Shown here one piece after another: positions 8,190 through 18,228 of a DNA stretch of 64,000 nucleotides. Source of the DNA: Lachnospiraceae bacterium (GTDB lineage Bacteria > Bacillota > Clostridia > Lachnospirales > Lachnospiraceae); assembly GCA_011959805.1 (NCBI GenBank), contig BLMC01000001.1, forward strand, positions 52,968 to 116,967. Direction: 5' to 3'. The notes under the pieces are model-generated. The model saw nothing but the letters and a program-made list of their open reading frames with translations. It searched no databases and was not told the origin of the DNA. The position numbers and the translations under genes are program-made. How positions within the stretch are numbered: the first letter of the stretch is position 1; every line of letters begins with the position of its first letter.

Positions 8190-9326
8190 ATGGGGAATCA
8201 GGCACAACAGAGTCAAGAGTTGGAATTGTGGGAGGTTGTCAATTCCTCCAAGAATAGAAATATACATTCTAGGCAGGTTAGAACAAGAAGACAAAATACA
8301 CAGCCTAACTACAACAGGCAAAATACACGAAATAGTAGAGAACAGACAATCGATATCATACCGCAAAGACAAATTCAAAATAGAAGAGTTCAAAATAAAA
8401 GAATTCAGAATAACAATGGAGCACAAAATATCTACTCCACAAGATCTATAAGACAAACTACAACAAAAACAAGTATTGATCGCGTTGAGACAGCAAAAGT
8501 AAGTAATCGGTCAAGAACAATAAGAAAAAATACCATACAGGCAGATATTACACATGCCAGAATAAACACAGCAGCAATAAGACAACCGCGATCTCAATAT
8601 AGAGAGCCAGACAAAATAAGGGCAAGCATACATTATACAAAGGCAAAAAAAGCAAGACGTCGTGCTAGTATCGGCCAATATCTTGCCTTTCTATGGATTA
8701 CAGCAATGTGCGTTGCAATTACTTTTATGGCAAAAACTTATTATGAGAATAGAAATACAGCGCCTATCGTAATGAGAAATATAGAGAAACAATCTGAGTC
8801 GGAGAAAATTGTTGTGGAGGAAGAGAAAGAAAAAAAGCCCAAAATTTTGGAGGATTTTTTGACTGTCAGTGAGTATAATCGTCCTGGGACAAGCCTTGCC
8901 AAAGTCAATAATATTTTTGTCCACTATACAGCAAATCGAGGAACATCGGCGGCACAAAACAGAAGTTATTTTGAAAATCTTGGAGTGACACATGAACGGG
9001 CAGCGAGTGCACATTTTATTATTGGTTATGAGGGAGAGATTATTCAATGTATTCCTTTGGAAGAAGAGGCATATGCAGTAATTGACCGAAACAAAGATTC
9101 TATTTCTATCGAGTGTTGTTATACGGCTGAGGATGGTTCCTTTACACAAGAAACGTATGACTCTCTTGTGAAAATGTTGTCGTGGTTGACTGACAAATAC
9201 AATTTAAAACCGCAGGATATACTGCGCCATTATGACTGTGGTGGAAAAAAGTGTCCACTCTATTATGTGGAACATGAAGATGCATGGCAAAAATTACTCT
9301 ATGATGTGGAACATTATGTTTTATAG
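8190..9326 (+). CDS. Membrane-anchored N-acetylmuramoyl-L-alanine amidase (Amidase_2)
   Basis: Long basic N-terminus, one TM helix, then IFVHYTAN, ASAHFIIG, SISIECC, ILRHYDCGGKKCP. Confidence 0.85.
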   Translation: MGNQAQQSQELELWEVVNSSKNRNIHSRQVRTRRQNTQPNYNRQNTRNSREQTIDIIPQRQIQNRRVQNKRIQNNNGAQNIYSTRSIRQTTTKTSIDRVETAKVSNRSRTIRKNTIQADITHARINTAAIRQPRSQYREPDKIRASIHYTKAKKARRRASIGQYLAFLWITAMCVAITFMAKTYYENRNTAPIVMRNIEKQSESEKIVVEEEKEKKPKILEDFLTVSEYNRPGTSLAKVNNIFVHYTANRGTSAAQNRSYFENLGVTHERAASAHFIIGYEGEIIQCIPLEEEAYAVIDRNKDSISIECCYTAEDGSFTQETYDSLVKMLSWLTDKYNLKPQDILRHYDCGGKKCPLYYVEHEDAWQKLLYDVEHYVL

Positions 9327-9368
9327 TAGCTTACAAGTTAAAATTCTCTATACATAACACACTTTTAT

Positions 9369-9412
9369 TGCACCGGAATAATCAAAGTGATTGTTCCGGT
9401 GCAGCCTTTTTT
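9369..9412. terminator. Bidirectional terminator between convergent genes
   Basis: TGCACCGGAATAATCA-AAG-TGATTGTTCCGGTGCA with flanking T-rich tracts. Confidence 0.8.
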
Positions 9413-10715
9413 AAAATTCTGAATTTTTAAGACTTTTTATAATTTCCTGTGTATTAAATGGTTTTGTAAAAAATAGTTCTGCACCTTCTCTTAGCGCATC
9501 CATAAGTTTGTCCTTTTGACCAGCAGCAGAGATCATAGCTACCATTGCATTGGGATTATATTCTTTGATTTTTCTAAGTGCTGTTACCCCATCCATTACA
9601 GGCATAGTAATATCAAGGGTGACAATATCTGGTTCAAGCTCTTTGTACAGTTCGACACCTTCCAAACCGTTTGCTGCTTCACCGACTACTTGATAACCAT
9701 TTTCATTGAGCAAATGAATCAAAACTTTCCGGATAAGAGAGGAGTCGTCCACAACAAGAACTGTAGGCAGCGTGCTAGTTGTGTTAGTGTTGAGTTCTAT
9801 TTTTTTCAGATTCAATGTGTGTGGGTTGTTTCCTGGGACAAAATTTGCATCGGTTGAAATGATTAGATCAAACCTAGAATCATCAATATACACAGGCATA
9901 TAGTAAGCGTTGCCTGTCAATTGTTGATTTAAGTATACTTCTGGTGGCACCATCTCAACAAAAATATCATCATCACTGAGTACAGAATCAAAAAGCCCAT
10001 TGTTTAGATTGGCAAATTCACAGACAGCATCATAAACTTCATCGCTGCTTGTAATTGCGACAGATTTTGCGTAATGATTCGCGAGTTTGACAATACCATC
10101 TAATTCATTGGTCGCGCTAAACCCAAGAAAAATATTAAAGTCACCAATTGATTTTTGACCAGCAAGCATACTGTAAGAATATTCAGAGGCTTTTTTCATT
10201 CGACCAAAATAAAAATTATTGGTGACAAATCGAGTGAGATTACGCATAACAAGTCCCGCCAAGTCCGTAATCATAGGGTCACGAACTGTAGCAAAGAGTG
10301 GAATGATTGATTCATAGTCATCTTTTTTTACTGCTTCTAGTTCATCATCTGTAAAGCCGTTTACTTTCTGAAAGTCATGAAGGTATTCTCTGACTGCTTC
10401 CATAGTTAAACCAAGTGTGTCGATTAGCAATTGAAAGAATTTCATCGCGAAATCACCTTGCATGCTTAGAAGTTTTGATACTTGACTTTCTGTGAGATAA
10501 CCAAGTTCGATAGCGATATCACCGAAACGACGATCTTGTTGTGTTTGCTGATGATTAATTTCTTCTGCTCGCTCGTTTGTCAGCAGTCCTTCTGCAACAG
10601 CGATCGTTCCAAGTTTGACGCGCGTTTTTTGGATTTCTTCTTGGAAGGAGTTTCTCTGTTCAATGGTAATAACCGACTGCTCGACCAAATAGTTACTAAA
10701 TAGTTGAATAAACAT
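9411..10715 (-). CDS. MshEN-like / CheX-like phosphatase / CheY-type receiver fusion protein
   Basis: N-terminal KLGTIAVAEGLLT..Q and RFGDIAIELGYLT..Q; central DAVCEFANLNNG (ExxN); C-terminal VLVVDDS..DIVTLDITMPVMDG..FFTKPF. Confidence 0.75.
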   Translation of the reverse strand: MFIQLFSNYLVEQSVITIEQRNSFQEEIQKTRVKLGTIAVAEGLLTNERAEEINHQQTQQDRRFGDIAIELGYLTESQVSKLLSMQGDFAMKFFQLLIDTLGLTMEAVREYLHDFQKVNGFTDDELEAVKKDDYESIIPLFATVRDPMITDLAGLVMRNLTRFVTNNFYFGRMKKASEYSYSMLAGQKSIGDFNIFLGFSATNELDGIVKLANHYAKSVAITSSDEVYDAVCEFANLNNGLFDSVLSDDDIFVEMVPPEVYLNQQLTGNAYYMPVYIDDSRFDLIISTDANFVPGNNPHTLNLKKIELNTNTTSTLPTVLVVDDSSLIRKVLIHLLNENGYQVVGEAANGLEGVELYKELEPDIVTLDITMPVMDGVTALRKIKEYNPNAMVAMISAAGQKDKLMDALREGAELFFTKPFNTQEIIKSLKNSEF

Positions 10716-11088
10716 AACAATCCGCACCTTTCTATGTTGTATTGTCCGTAATGTCAGAAGAGTTTACCTTTTTATAGTTATTGTATAAAAAAATAACGAA
10801 TTAGACAACTATTATTTTGGGAAATTAAAAAAACGATACTTAATACATTTTGAAAATAAATTGAAATATATAATTTATTATATTTGACAAGTAATAAAAA
10901 CAAGAAAAATCTACAAAAAATATTATAAAGTGATAAAATTAACAAGATAGGTTTTGAGAATAGTGAAAAGATATTGATTTTTAGAGTAATCAAAAATAGG
11001 AGGGATAGAATAGGAAATAAAGATAAAATATTAGCAAATAATATGCGATAAAGATTCTAAGAAAAACCGATATAGGAGGTAGCAATTT

Positions 11089-11559
11089 GTGAATGAAGAA
11101 CAAAATAGATTGAGAAGACATGCTGTCAATGAAACAGCAAAGGGCGTGGAACAAGTATCAGAACAGATACTAAAGAAACTTCGACGAGAATTGGCAATCA
11201 CTAGATTTCTGTGTATTATTACTTCGGCATTGATTATCTGTTTGTTTGTCGGTGGAGTATCTGTACTAAAGAAGATACAACCTGTTCTGGATAAAGCTGA
11301 AGCAGTGGATGTTGAAAATGTTAATGAAACGTTTCGGCAGGTTAAAACCTCTTTGGAAAATGTGGATTTAAAACAAGCCACAGACACAATGAAACAAGTG
11401 GCGGATACGATAGAGTCCGTGGACTTAGAAGCATGGAACAGTGCAATTGATGGACTGGATACTGCGGAACTTTCCAAAACGCTGGCAAATCTAAATGATG
11501 CTGTGGATTCTCTGCGCCGAGTGGAAACGTCCATCAATTCAATATTTGGTAGAAGATAA
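11089..11559 (+). CDS. Hypothetical single-TM protein with helical C-terminus
   Basis: GGAGGT RBS, GTG start, hydrophobic FLCIITSALIICLFVGGVSVL, amphipathic helical repeats. Confidence 0.65.
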   Translation: MNEEQNRLRRHAVNETAKGVEQVSEQILKKLRRELAITRFLCIITSALIICLFVGGVSVLKKIQPVLDKAEAVDVENVNETFRQVKTSLENVDLKQATDTMKQVADTIESVDLEAWNSAIDGLDTAELSKTLANLNDAVDSLRRVETSINSIFGRR

Positions 11560-11657
11560 AAGCTATTATAATTGATAGGAAATAAAATTTGACACAATGC
11601 GAGGGGATACGTATAATGGTCTATAAGATAATATGCAAGTGGAAAAGGAGGATTGCT

Positions 11658-11906
11658 ATGGCAGTATTTGGTGGATTGGAAGATATGGATGAACTTGCAG
11701 CAAAAAAGCAGCAGCAACAAGAGCAAGAGATTGATGACATTATTCGTATGCTTGATTGTAAGACCGAGAACGGAGTAAGTCGAATTAAAGTGAATGTATC
11801 TGATAAGCAGCAGGAGGGAACGGTGAACACACAGTATCATCATGGACGTTGTGATGTAGGTAGTCCTTGGTCGAAAGGAACAATTAGGAATTTTGGCTGT
11901 GATTAA
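11658..11906 (+). CDS. Small hypothetical protein
   Basis: AAGGAGG RBS before ATG 11658; 82 aa, directly upstream of hisS. Confidence 0.6.
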   Translation: MAVFGGLEDMDELAAKKQQQQEQEIDDIIRMLDCKTENGVSRIKVNVSDKQQEGTVNTQYHHGRCDVGSPWSKGTIRNFGCD

Positions 11907-11946
11907 AAATTAAAAAACAATGCAAATAAAGAAATGAGGTACAGTT

Positions 11947-13209
11947 ATGGCGCTGAATAAAAAGCCTGTGCATGGCATGAAAGACATTATGCCCGAGGAA
12001 ATGCAGATACGCGATTATGTGATAAGTGTGATTAAAGAAACCTATGGAAAATTTGGCTTTACACCGATGGAGACTCCTTGCATGGAGAATATCGAGAATC
12101 TTAGCAGCAAACAAGGTGGTGAGAATGAGAAACTTATCTTTAAAATACTAAAAAGAGGAGCGCAATTCAACTTGGAAACGGCTAAGACTGATGCGGATGT
12201 TGTTGATATGGGAATGCGCTATGATTTGACAGTTCCACTGGTAAGATATTATTCCAATCATGCCAATGAACTTCCAGCACCGTTTAAGGCACTCCAAATT
12301 GGAAATGTATGGAGGGCAGACCGACCGCAGAAAGGAAGATATCGCCAGTTTATGCAGTGCGATATCGACATTCTTGGGGAGGAATCTAACCTTGCGGAGA
12401 TTGAACTGATTCTTGCGACAACGACAACGCTGAGTCAATTGGGATTTCAGAATTTTGAAATTCGCATTAATGACAGAAGAATCCTAAAGGCAATGGCGGC
12501 TTACAGTGGATTTGAGGAGAGGGATTACGACAATATCTTTATCATATTGGATAAGATGGATAAGATTGGAATGGATGGTGTGGAGCGTGAACTACTCGAA
12601 AATGGCTATGACAGTGCAACCATTAAAAAATATCTTGCGTTGTTCCAAGGATTAAATGCTTCAGAAGATGCGCTGACATTTATAGAAGAAAAATTGGCTG
12701 GGATTCTTGAAGAAAGTGTGCAGGTAGGATTTCGAGAGATTATAGAAAGTGTGAATGCGACAAAGAAAGATTGTTTTAAATTGGTGTTTGATCCAACATT
12801 GGTACGTGGAATGTCCTATTATACAGGGACGATTTTTGAGATTGCAATGCCTGAATTAGGAGCAAGCTGCGGGGGCGGCGGGCGATATGATAAGATGGTA
12901 GGAAGATTTACAGGAAAGGATGTCCCAGCGTGTGGTTTTTCTATTGGATTTGAGCGTATTATATTAATTTTATTGCAAAATGGTTTTAAAGTGCCAAATC
13001 GGAGTAAAAAAGTAGCATATTTAATTGAAAAAGGAGTGTCTGGAGATGAACTTTGCAACATTATTGCAAAGGCGCAGGACGAACGGCGAAACGGTACTCA
13101 GGTACTTGTTGCACGAATGAACAAAAATAAAAAATTTCAAAAAGAACAACTTACAGCAGATGGATATGAGGAGATAAAACAGTTCTACAAAGAAGGATTG
13201 AAAAATTAG
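11947..13209 (+). CDS. hisS: Histidine--tRNA ligase
   Basis: GMKD, RYDLTVPLVRY, WRADRPQKGRYRQFMQCDID, LVRGMSYYTG, GGGRYD, GFSIGFERI. Confidence 0.95.
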   Translation: MALNKKPVHGMKDIMPEEMQIRDYVISVIKETYGKFGFTPMETPCMENIENLSSKQGGENEKLIFKILKRGAQFNLETAKTDADVVDMGMRYDLTVPLVRYYSNHANELPAPFKALQIGNVWRADRPQKGRYRQFMQCDIDILGEESNLAEIELILATTTTLSQLGFQNFEIRINDRRILKAMAAYSGFEERDYDNIFIILDKMDKIGMDGVERELLENGYDSATIKKYLALFQGLNASEDALTFIEEKLAGILEESVQVGFREIIESVNATKKDCFKLVFDPTLVRGMSYYTGTIFEIAMPELGASCGGGGRYDKMVGRFTGKDVPACGFSIGFERIILILLQNGFKVPNRSKKVAYLIEKGVSGDELCNIIAKAQDERRNGTQVLVARMNKNKKFQKEQLTADGYEEIKQFYKEGLKN

Positions 13210-13216
13210 GCAAAAT

Positions 13217-13888
13217 ATGAGAACAAAGGCAAAAAAAGTCACAATAAAAAATGTAAAAAAGAAAAGAGCACTTGCGCAAGAGATTATAGCGCGGTTAAAG
13301 CAAGAGTACCCGAACTCGGACTGTACACTCGACTACAATGAAGCATGGAAATTGTTGGTGAGTGTGCGTTTGGCGGCACAGTGTACCGATGCGAGAGTCA
13401 ATGTGGTAGTAAAGGGACTTTATGAAAAGTTTCCAACAATAGAGGCACTTGCAGATGCAAAGGTGTCAGAAATTGAACGCATTGTTAGACCTTGTGGAAT
13501 AGGACATAGTAAAGCGCGAGATATCAATGCTTGTATGCGAATGCTTCGGGACGAGTTTAACTGTAAAGTTCCGGATGATTTTAATGCATTGTTAAAGCTT
13601 CCGGGTGTTGGCAGAAAGAGTGCCAATCTAATTATGGGTGATGTGTTTGGAAAACCAGCAATCGTCACAGATACGCACTGTATTCGGCTTACAAACCGTT
13701 TAGGGTTGATTGACAACATTAGAGAACCAAAGAAAGTAGAAATGATTTTGTGGGAGCTTATCCCGCCGGAGGAAGGAAACCAGTTTTGCCATAGATTAGT
13801 AGATCATGGTCGTGAGATTTGTACTGCAAGAACAAAGCCGTATTGTGATCGCTGTTGTCTGGCAGATATATGTAAGAAACAGATATAA
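13217..13888 (+). CDS. nth: Endonuclease III
   Basis: LAAQCTDARVN, HhH motif LPGVGRKSAN, VTDTH, C-terminal 4Fe-4S Cys cluster. Confidence 0.95.
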   Translation: MRTKAKKVTIKNVKKKRALAQEIIARLKQEYPNSDCTLDYNEAWKLLVSVRLAAQCTDARVNVVVKGLYEKFPTIEALADAKVSEIERIVRPCGIGHSKARDINACMRMLRDEFNCKVPDDFNALLKLPGVGRKSANLIMGDVFGKPAIVTDTHCIRLTNRLGLIDNIREPKKVEMILWELIPPEEGNQFCHRLVDHGREICTARTKPYCDRCCLADICKKQI

Positions 13889-14005
13889 ATAGAATTATAT
13901 TTCGCACATTTACTACTATGAAATAAAATTTTAGACATACTATAGAAGGCAAAACCAATATTAAGACTTTGCAAAATAAGAAATAAAAATAGGACGGGGA
14001 ATTAA

Positions 14006-15802
14006 ATGCCGGAACAGGAAAAGCTTCTTTTTCATCCAATTTCGCTCGATGATAGAGATTGGATGAATGATAAACTTAAGGAAGACAATCTAAATATTTG
14101 TGAATATACTTTTGCCAATAATTTTGTTTGGGCAAAAGTATATGATGTGCAGGTTGGCTGCGCTTATGGCTGCGGCGTAGTTAGATTTAGGGGACAAGAG
14201 AACTATCAATATTCCTTTCCATTTGGAAATGGAGATAAAAAAGCTGTGATTGAGCACCTGAGAAAAATATGTGCGGTGTATGGCTACAGATTAAGTTTTT
14301 ATCCACTCACAGAACGATGTAGACTCGAACTGATGGACTGGTTTCCGGGAATGTTTGAGATTAGTTCAAACCGCGATAATTTTGATTATGTGTATACTGT
14401 GGAGAAACTTTCAACATTAAAAGGAAAAAAACTGCATGGAAAACGCAATCATATTGCGCGCTTTATGGATGATGGAGACTGGCATTATGAAGCGATCACA
14501 GAGAAAAATATGGATGAATGTCGACGAATGGCGAAAGAGTGGACCTCCTTGCGCACAGAAAAGTGGAATGAGGAGATGGCCTTGGAAATTGGGGTATTGG
14601 AGGTAGCATGTTCTAATTTTGAAATGCTTGGACTTTGCGGTGGTGTGCTGTATAAAGGAGATAAGATTGTCGCCTTTACAATTGGAGAAATGTTAAATAC
14701 AGATACTTTTGTGGTTCATTTTGAAAAGGCATATCCAGATTTGCAAGGAGCCTATCCTATGATTAACCAGCAATTTATACTACATGAAGCACAAGAGTAC
14801 CTGTATGTAAACCGCGAAGAAGATACAGGAGATCTGGGGTTGCGCAAGGCCAAACTTTCTTATTATCCAGATTTTCTAGTAAAAAAATATACTGCTGTGG
14901 AGAGCTGTGTTGTCTTTGCAGACGAAAGGCAGAAGGAATATCTTATTACATTGTGGAATCAATGTTTTGCGGATGAAAGGCAATATATTGAATTGTATCT
15001 GGAAAATCGATTTGAACCCGAAAATATGTTAGTAATTTATGAGGAGAATCGTCCTGTTTCGATGGCAAGTCTGCTGCCAGTACAGATTACAATCAATGGA
15101 AATAAGGAGAATGCTCGGTATGTTTATGCAGTGGGAACACTTCCAACATATCGAAATCGAGGATATGCGTCAAAAATTATAAAATATGCGGCAGAAAAAT
15201 ATAAAGAACCACTACTTTTGCAGCCGGCGGATAGGGATTTGCAAGAATACTATGAAAGACAGGGATTTGTAGATGCTTTTGGCGAAAGTCCTTGCTGGAT
15301 TTATGCTGGCAGATGTACAGAAACAACCAAAATGCCATCGATTGATGAAAATGATTTAAGAGCTGCGGAGATTGTCTTTGAGGAGAACACACTAGAACAA
15401 CTTGGAGATTGGTTCGTTTCCGATGCCGGTGAGAAAGAGTATAAGATGGTTCGTGACCAGGTACTTGACAAGGAAGGATATGTGGAATGGGATGAGCCAG
15501 CGATTGCATATGCGATAAAAGAAAATCAGTTTTGTAAAGGTAGGACGTTGTTGTTGACTAGTCCTATTGGCGATGCACAAGTGCGCAGTGCTGTGTTGAT
15601 GTATCGTATTGAAAAGGATAGCCTTCATATCATTGAGACGACGCTCAATGATGAGCAACTTCATCATATTTTGCCAGAACTGCTCCTGTATACTGGTACA
15701 ACGTGGGCGTTTGAGAGAAATATGGGTGGAATGATTCGACTGCCAGAGCATTTTACAAATTGGGATTATAAGGAAGGATACCTGGGATTGACGCTAGGGT
15801 AG
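14006..15802 (+). CDS. DUF2156 (aminoacyl-tRNA-dependent transferase) domain fused to an Eis-like GNAT acetyltransferase
   Basis: DYVY..LKGKKLHGKRNHI, HFEKA, YVNREEDTGDLGLRKAKLSYYP, then YVYAVGTLPTYRNRGYAS acetyl-CoA motif. Confidence 0.8.
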   Translation: MPEQEKLLFHPISLDDRDWMNDKLKEDNLNICEYTFANNFVWAKVYDVQVGCAYGCGVVRFRGQENYQYSFPFGNGDKKAVIEHLRKICAVYGYRLSFYPLTERCRLELMDWFPGMFEISSNRDNFDYVYTVEKLSTLKGKKLHGKRNHIARFMDDGDWHYEAITEKNMDECRRMAKEWTSLRTEKWNEEMALEIGVLEVACSNFEMLGLCGGVLYKGDKIVAFTIGEMLNTDTFVVHFEKAYPDLQGAYPMINQQFILHEAQEYLYVNREEDTGDLGLRKAKLSYYPDFLVKKYTAVESCVVFADERQKEYLITLWNQCFADERQYIELYLENRFEPENMLVIYEENRPVSMASLLPVQITINGNKENARYVYAVGTLPTYRNRGYASKIIKYAAEKYKEPLLLQPADRDLQEYYERQGFVDAFGESPCWIYAGRCTETTKMPSIDENDLRAAEIVFEENTLEQLGDWFVSDAGEKEYKMVRDQVLDKEGYVEWDEPAIAYAIKENQFCKGRTLLLTSPIGDAQVRSAVLMYRIEKDSLHIIETTLNDEQLHHILPELLLYTGTTWAFERNMGGMIRLPEHFTNWDYKEGYLGLTLG

Positions 15803-15890
15803 CATATTCTATAAAAAATTAACAAAAAACATCAATAAAAATGATTAATTTTAACGATTCCAATATGGAGAAATATATGGTATGATAATA

Positions 15891-16186
15891 AAAAGGCAAT
15901 GAAGAGAAATAGTAGTCGTGTGGAACATTTCAGAGAGCTGTCGTAGGGTGCAAGACAGTATGGGAAGTGCGGGGAACTCGTCTTGGAGCTGTGTGCTTGA
16001 ACAAAGGTTTTGAGTAGGGTGCAACGGAAGACCTGCCGTTATCAGGGGAAGGCATTTTAGTGCTGAATGAGTGCATACTTTTATTGTATATTGCATAAAA
16101 GTGTGAAGTAGAGTGGTACCGCGAGAGAATATTTAGAGTCTTTCGTCTCTACAACGGTAATGTTGTGGAGTCGGAAGGCTTTTTCA
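15891..16186 (+). ncRNA. Leucine T-box riboswitch
   Basis: AGAGAGCTG..GGTGCAAGACAG stem I, specifier GAA-CTC (Leu CUC at 15977-15979), CCGTTA, T-box AGAGTGGTACCGCG (16110-16123), terminator hairpin and T-run; upstream of leuA. Confidence 0.93.
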
Positions 16187-16233
16187 TCGTTACCAGCAAT
16201 AAACGATTGAGAATAAATATGGAGGAATGAGAC

Positions 16234-18225
16234 ATGGAACATGCAAACAAATACGAAAAATCATATTTTTTACCCCCCGTTTGTACATATGACTGGGTAA
16301 AAAAAGACGCGATTACAGCACCGCCAATCTGGTGTTCGGTTGACTTACGAGATGGAAATCAAGCATTGATTGAACCGATGAGCTTAGAAGAGAAATTACA
16401 TTTTTTTGAGATGCTTGTGGATATTGGTTTCAAGGAAATTGAGGTAGGTTTTCCTGCAGCTTCAGAGACAGAGTACGAGTTTATGCGTGCTTTGATAGAG
16501 AGAAATATGATTCCAGAAGATGTGACAGTACAAGTGTTAACCCAGGCGCGCGAACATATTATCCAAAAGACTTTTGAGGCGGTCAAGGGTGCACCACATG
16601 CAGTAATCCACCTCTACAATTCAACATCGGTTGCGCAGCGGGAACAAGTGTTTAAAAAGACGAAGGAAGAGATTAAGAAGATTGCGACGGACGGGGCAGA
16701 ACTTTTAAAGAAGCTTGCCGAGGAAACAGACGGAAATTTTTCTTTTGAATATAGCCCCGAAAGTTTCCATGGTACTGAAGTGGACTATGCAGTTGATGTA
16801 TGTAATGCTGTGTTAGATATCTGGCAACCGACAGCCGACAAAAAGGCGATTATTAATATCCCAACCACAGTTGAAAATGCAATGCCGCATGTGTTTGCCA
16901 CACAGGTAGAATATATTCATAAAAATCTTAAATACAGAGATGCTGTTGTGCTTTCTGTACATCCACACAATGACCGCGGCTGTGGGGTATGTGATGCAGA
17001 ATTTAGTATTCTTGCTGGAGCAGACCGTGTGGAAGGAACGCTTTTTGGAAATGGGGAGCGCACCGGAAATGTCGACCTAATTACTGTGGCAATGAACATG
17101 TATTCACATGGTGTTGACCCAAAACTAGATTTTTCCAATATGCCAGAAATTAGAGAAAACTATGAGCTTTTTACACGTATGAAAGTGCATGAGAGGCAGC
17201 CTTATTCTGGTGATTTGGTATTTACAGCATTCTCGGGTTCTCACCAGGATGCTATCGCAAAGGGAATGCAGTGGCGGGAAGAGAAGCAGACAGACAAATG
17301 GACGGTGCCTTATTTGCCAGTTGACCCTAAAGACGTGGGCAGGAATTATGATGCGGATGTAATTCGGATTAACAGTCAGTCTGGAAAAGGTGGTGTCAAC
17401 TATATTCTGAAACAAAACTATGGAATTTCACTTCCCTATGCAATGCGCGAGGAAGTGGGATATCTAGTCAAGGATGTTTCTGACCAGGAGCACAAGGTTC
17501 TAACGCCGCAGTGGGTGTATGACATTTTTTATGAAAACTATGTAGATAATATGCCGTTGTTCCAGATTAGTGAGTGTCACTTTAAGCAAGTGAATGGTAT
17601 TATGGCGGAGGCGGTGATTGCCTGTGGTGACAAAAAAACTACTGTAACTGCAAACGGCAATGGTCGCCTTGACGCGGTGAGCAATACCATCAAACAGTAT
17701 TTTAGTGTTAGCTATCAGCTATCGGATTATGAGGAACATGCACTTACAAAAGGTTCATCTTCCAAGGCAATCGCATATGTGAGTGTCACTTGTAATGGCG
17801 AAAAATTCTGGGGTGTAGGCATGGATGACGATATTATTAAGGCATCTATTCATGCGCTTTGTGTCAGTGTTAACAAACTGCCGCAGATACAGAGTAATGA
17901 GGCTTATCAGGACGAGCGCATGATGGAAATTTTGAATTATATTCAGGCAAATTATCAGGCGATTGCCCTAGGAGATGTCGCAGAGCATTTTCATCTGTCA
18001 GAGCCATATCTGAGTAAATATATTCATGAGAAGTCAGGAAAAACTTTCGGAGATATCTTGATTAATATTCGTTTGAAAAAGGCGAAAACGCTGCTTCGGA
18101 ATGGAAATATGACTGTTGAGAATGTAGCGATGGCGGTAGGATATCCCAATGTGGAACACTTTAACCGTATTTTTAAGAAAAAGATGGGAATGACACCTGT
18201 TCAATGTAGAAAAGGTGGTCTATAG
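16234..18225 (+). CDS. leuA: 2-isopropylmalate synthase with C-terminal AraC-type HTH domain
   Basis: [43 protein letters not shown], regulatory GNGRLDA; then [39 protein letters not shown]. Confidence 0.92.
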   Translation: MEHANKYEKSYFLPPVCTYDWVKKDAITAPPIWCSVDLRDGNQALIEPMSLEEKLHFFEMLVDIGFKEIEVGFPAASETEYEFMRALIERNMIPEDVTVQVLTQAREHIIQKTFEAVKGAPHAVIHLYNSTSVAQREQVFKKTKEEIKKIATDGAELLKKLAEETDGNFSFEYSPESFHGTEVDYAVDVCNAVLDIWQPTADKKAIINIPTTVENAMPHVFATQVEYIHKNLKYRDAVVLSVHPHNDRGCGVCDAEFSILAGADRVEGTLFGNGERTGNVDLITVAMNMYSHGVDPKLDFSNMPEIRENYELFTRMKVHERQPYSGDLVFTAFSGSHQDAIAKGMQWREEKQTDKWTVPYLPVDPKDVGRNYDADVIRINSQSGKGGVNYILKQNYGISLPYAMREEVGYLVKDVSDQEHKVLTPQWVYDIFYENYVDNMPLFQISECHFKQVNGIMAEAVIACGDKKTTVTANGNGRLDAVSNTIKQYFSVSYQLSDYEEHALTKGSSSKAIAYVSVTCNGEKFWGVGMDDDIIKASIHALCVSVNKLPQIQSNEAYQDERMMEILNYIQANYQAIALGDVAEHFHLSEPYLSKYIHEKSGKTFGDILINIRLKKAKTLLRNGNMTVENVAMAVGYPNVEHFNRIFKKKMGMTPVQCRKGGL

Positions 18226-18228
18226 TCA

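Noticed and set aside
11020-11075. Sigma-28 promoter (TAAA..CCGATAT / GCGATAA)
   Set aside because: Spacing does not fit well and the region is very AT-rich; not supportable.
11031-11843. 270-aa minus-strand ORF
   Set aside because: Overlaps two + strand genes with good RBSs and has no protein-like features.
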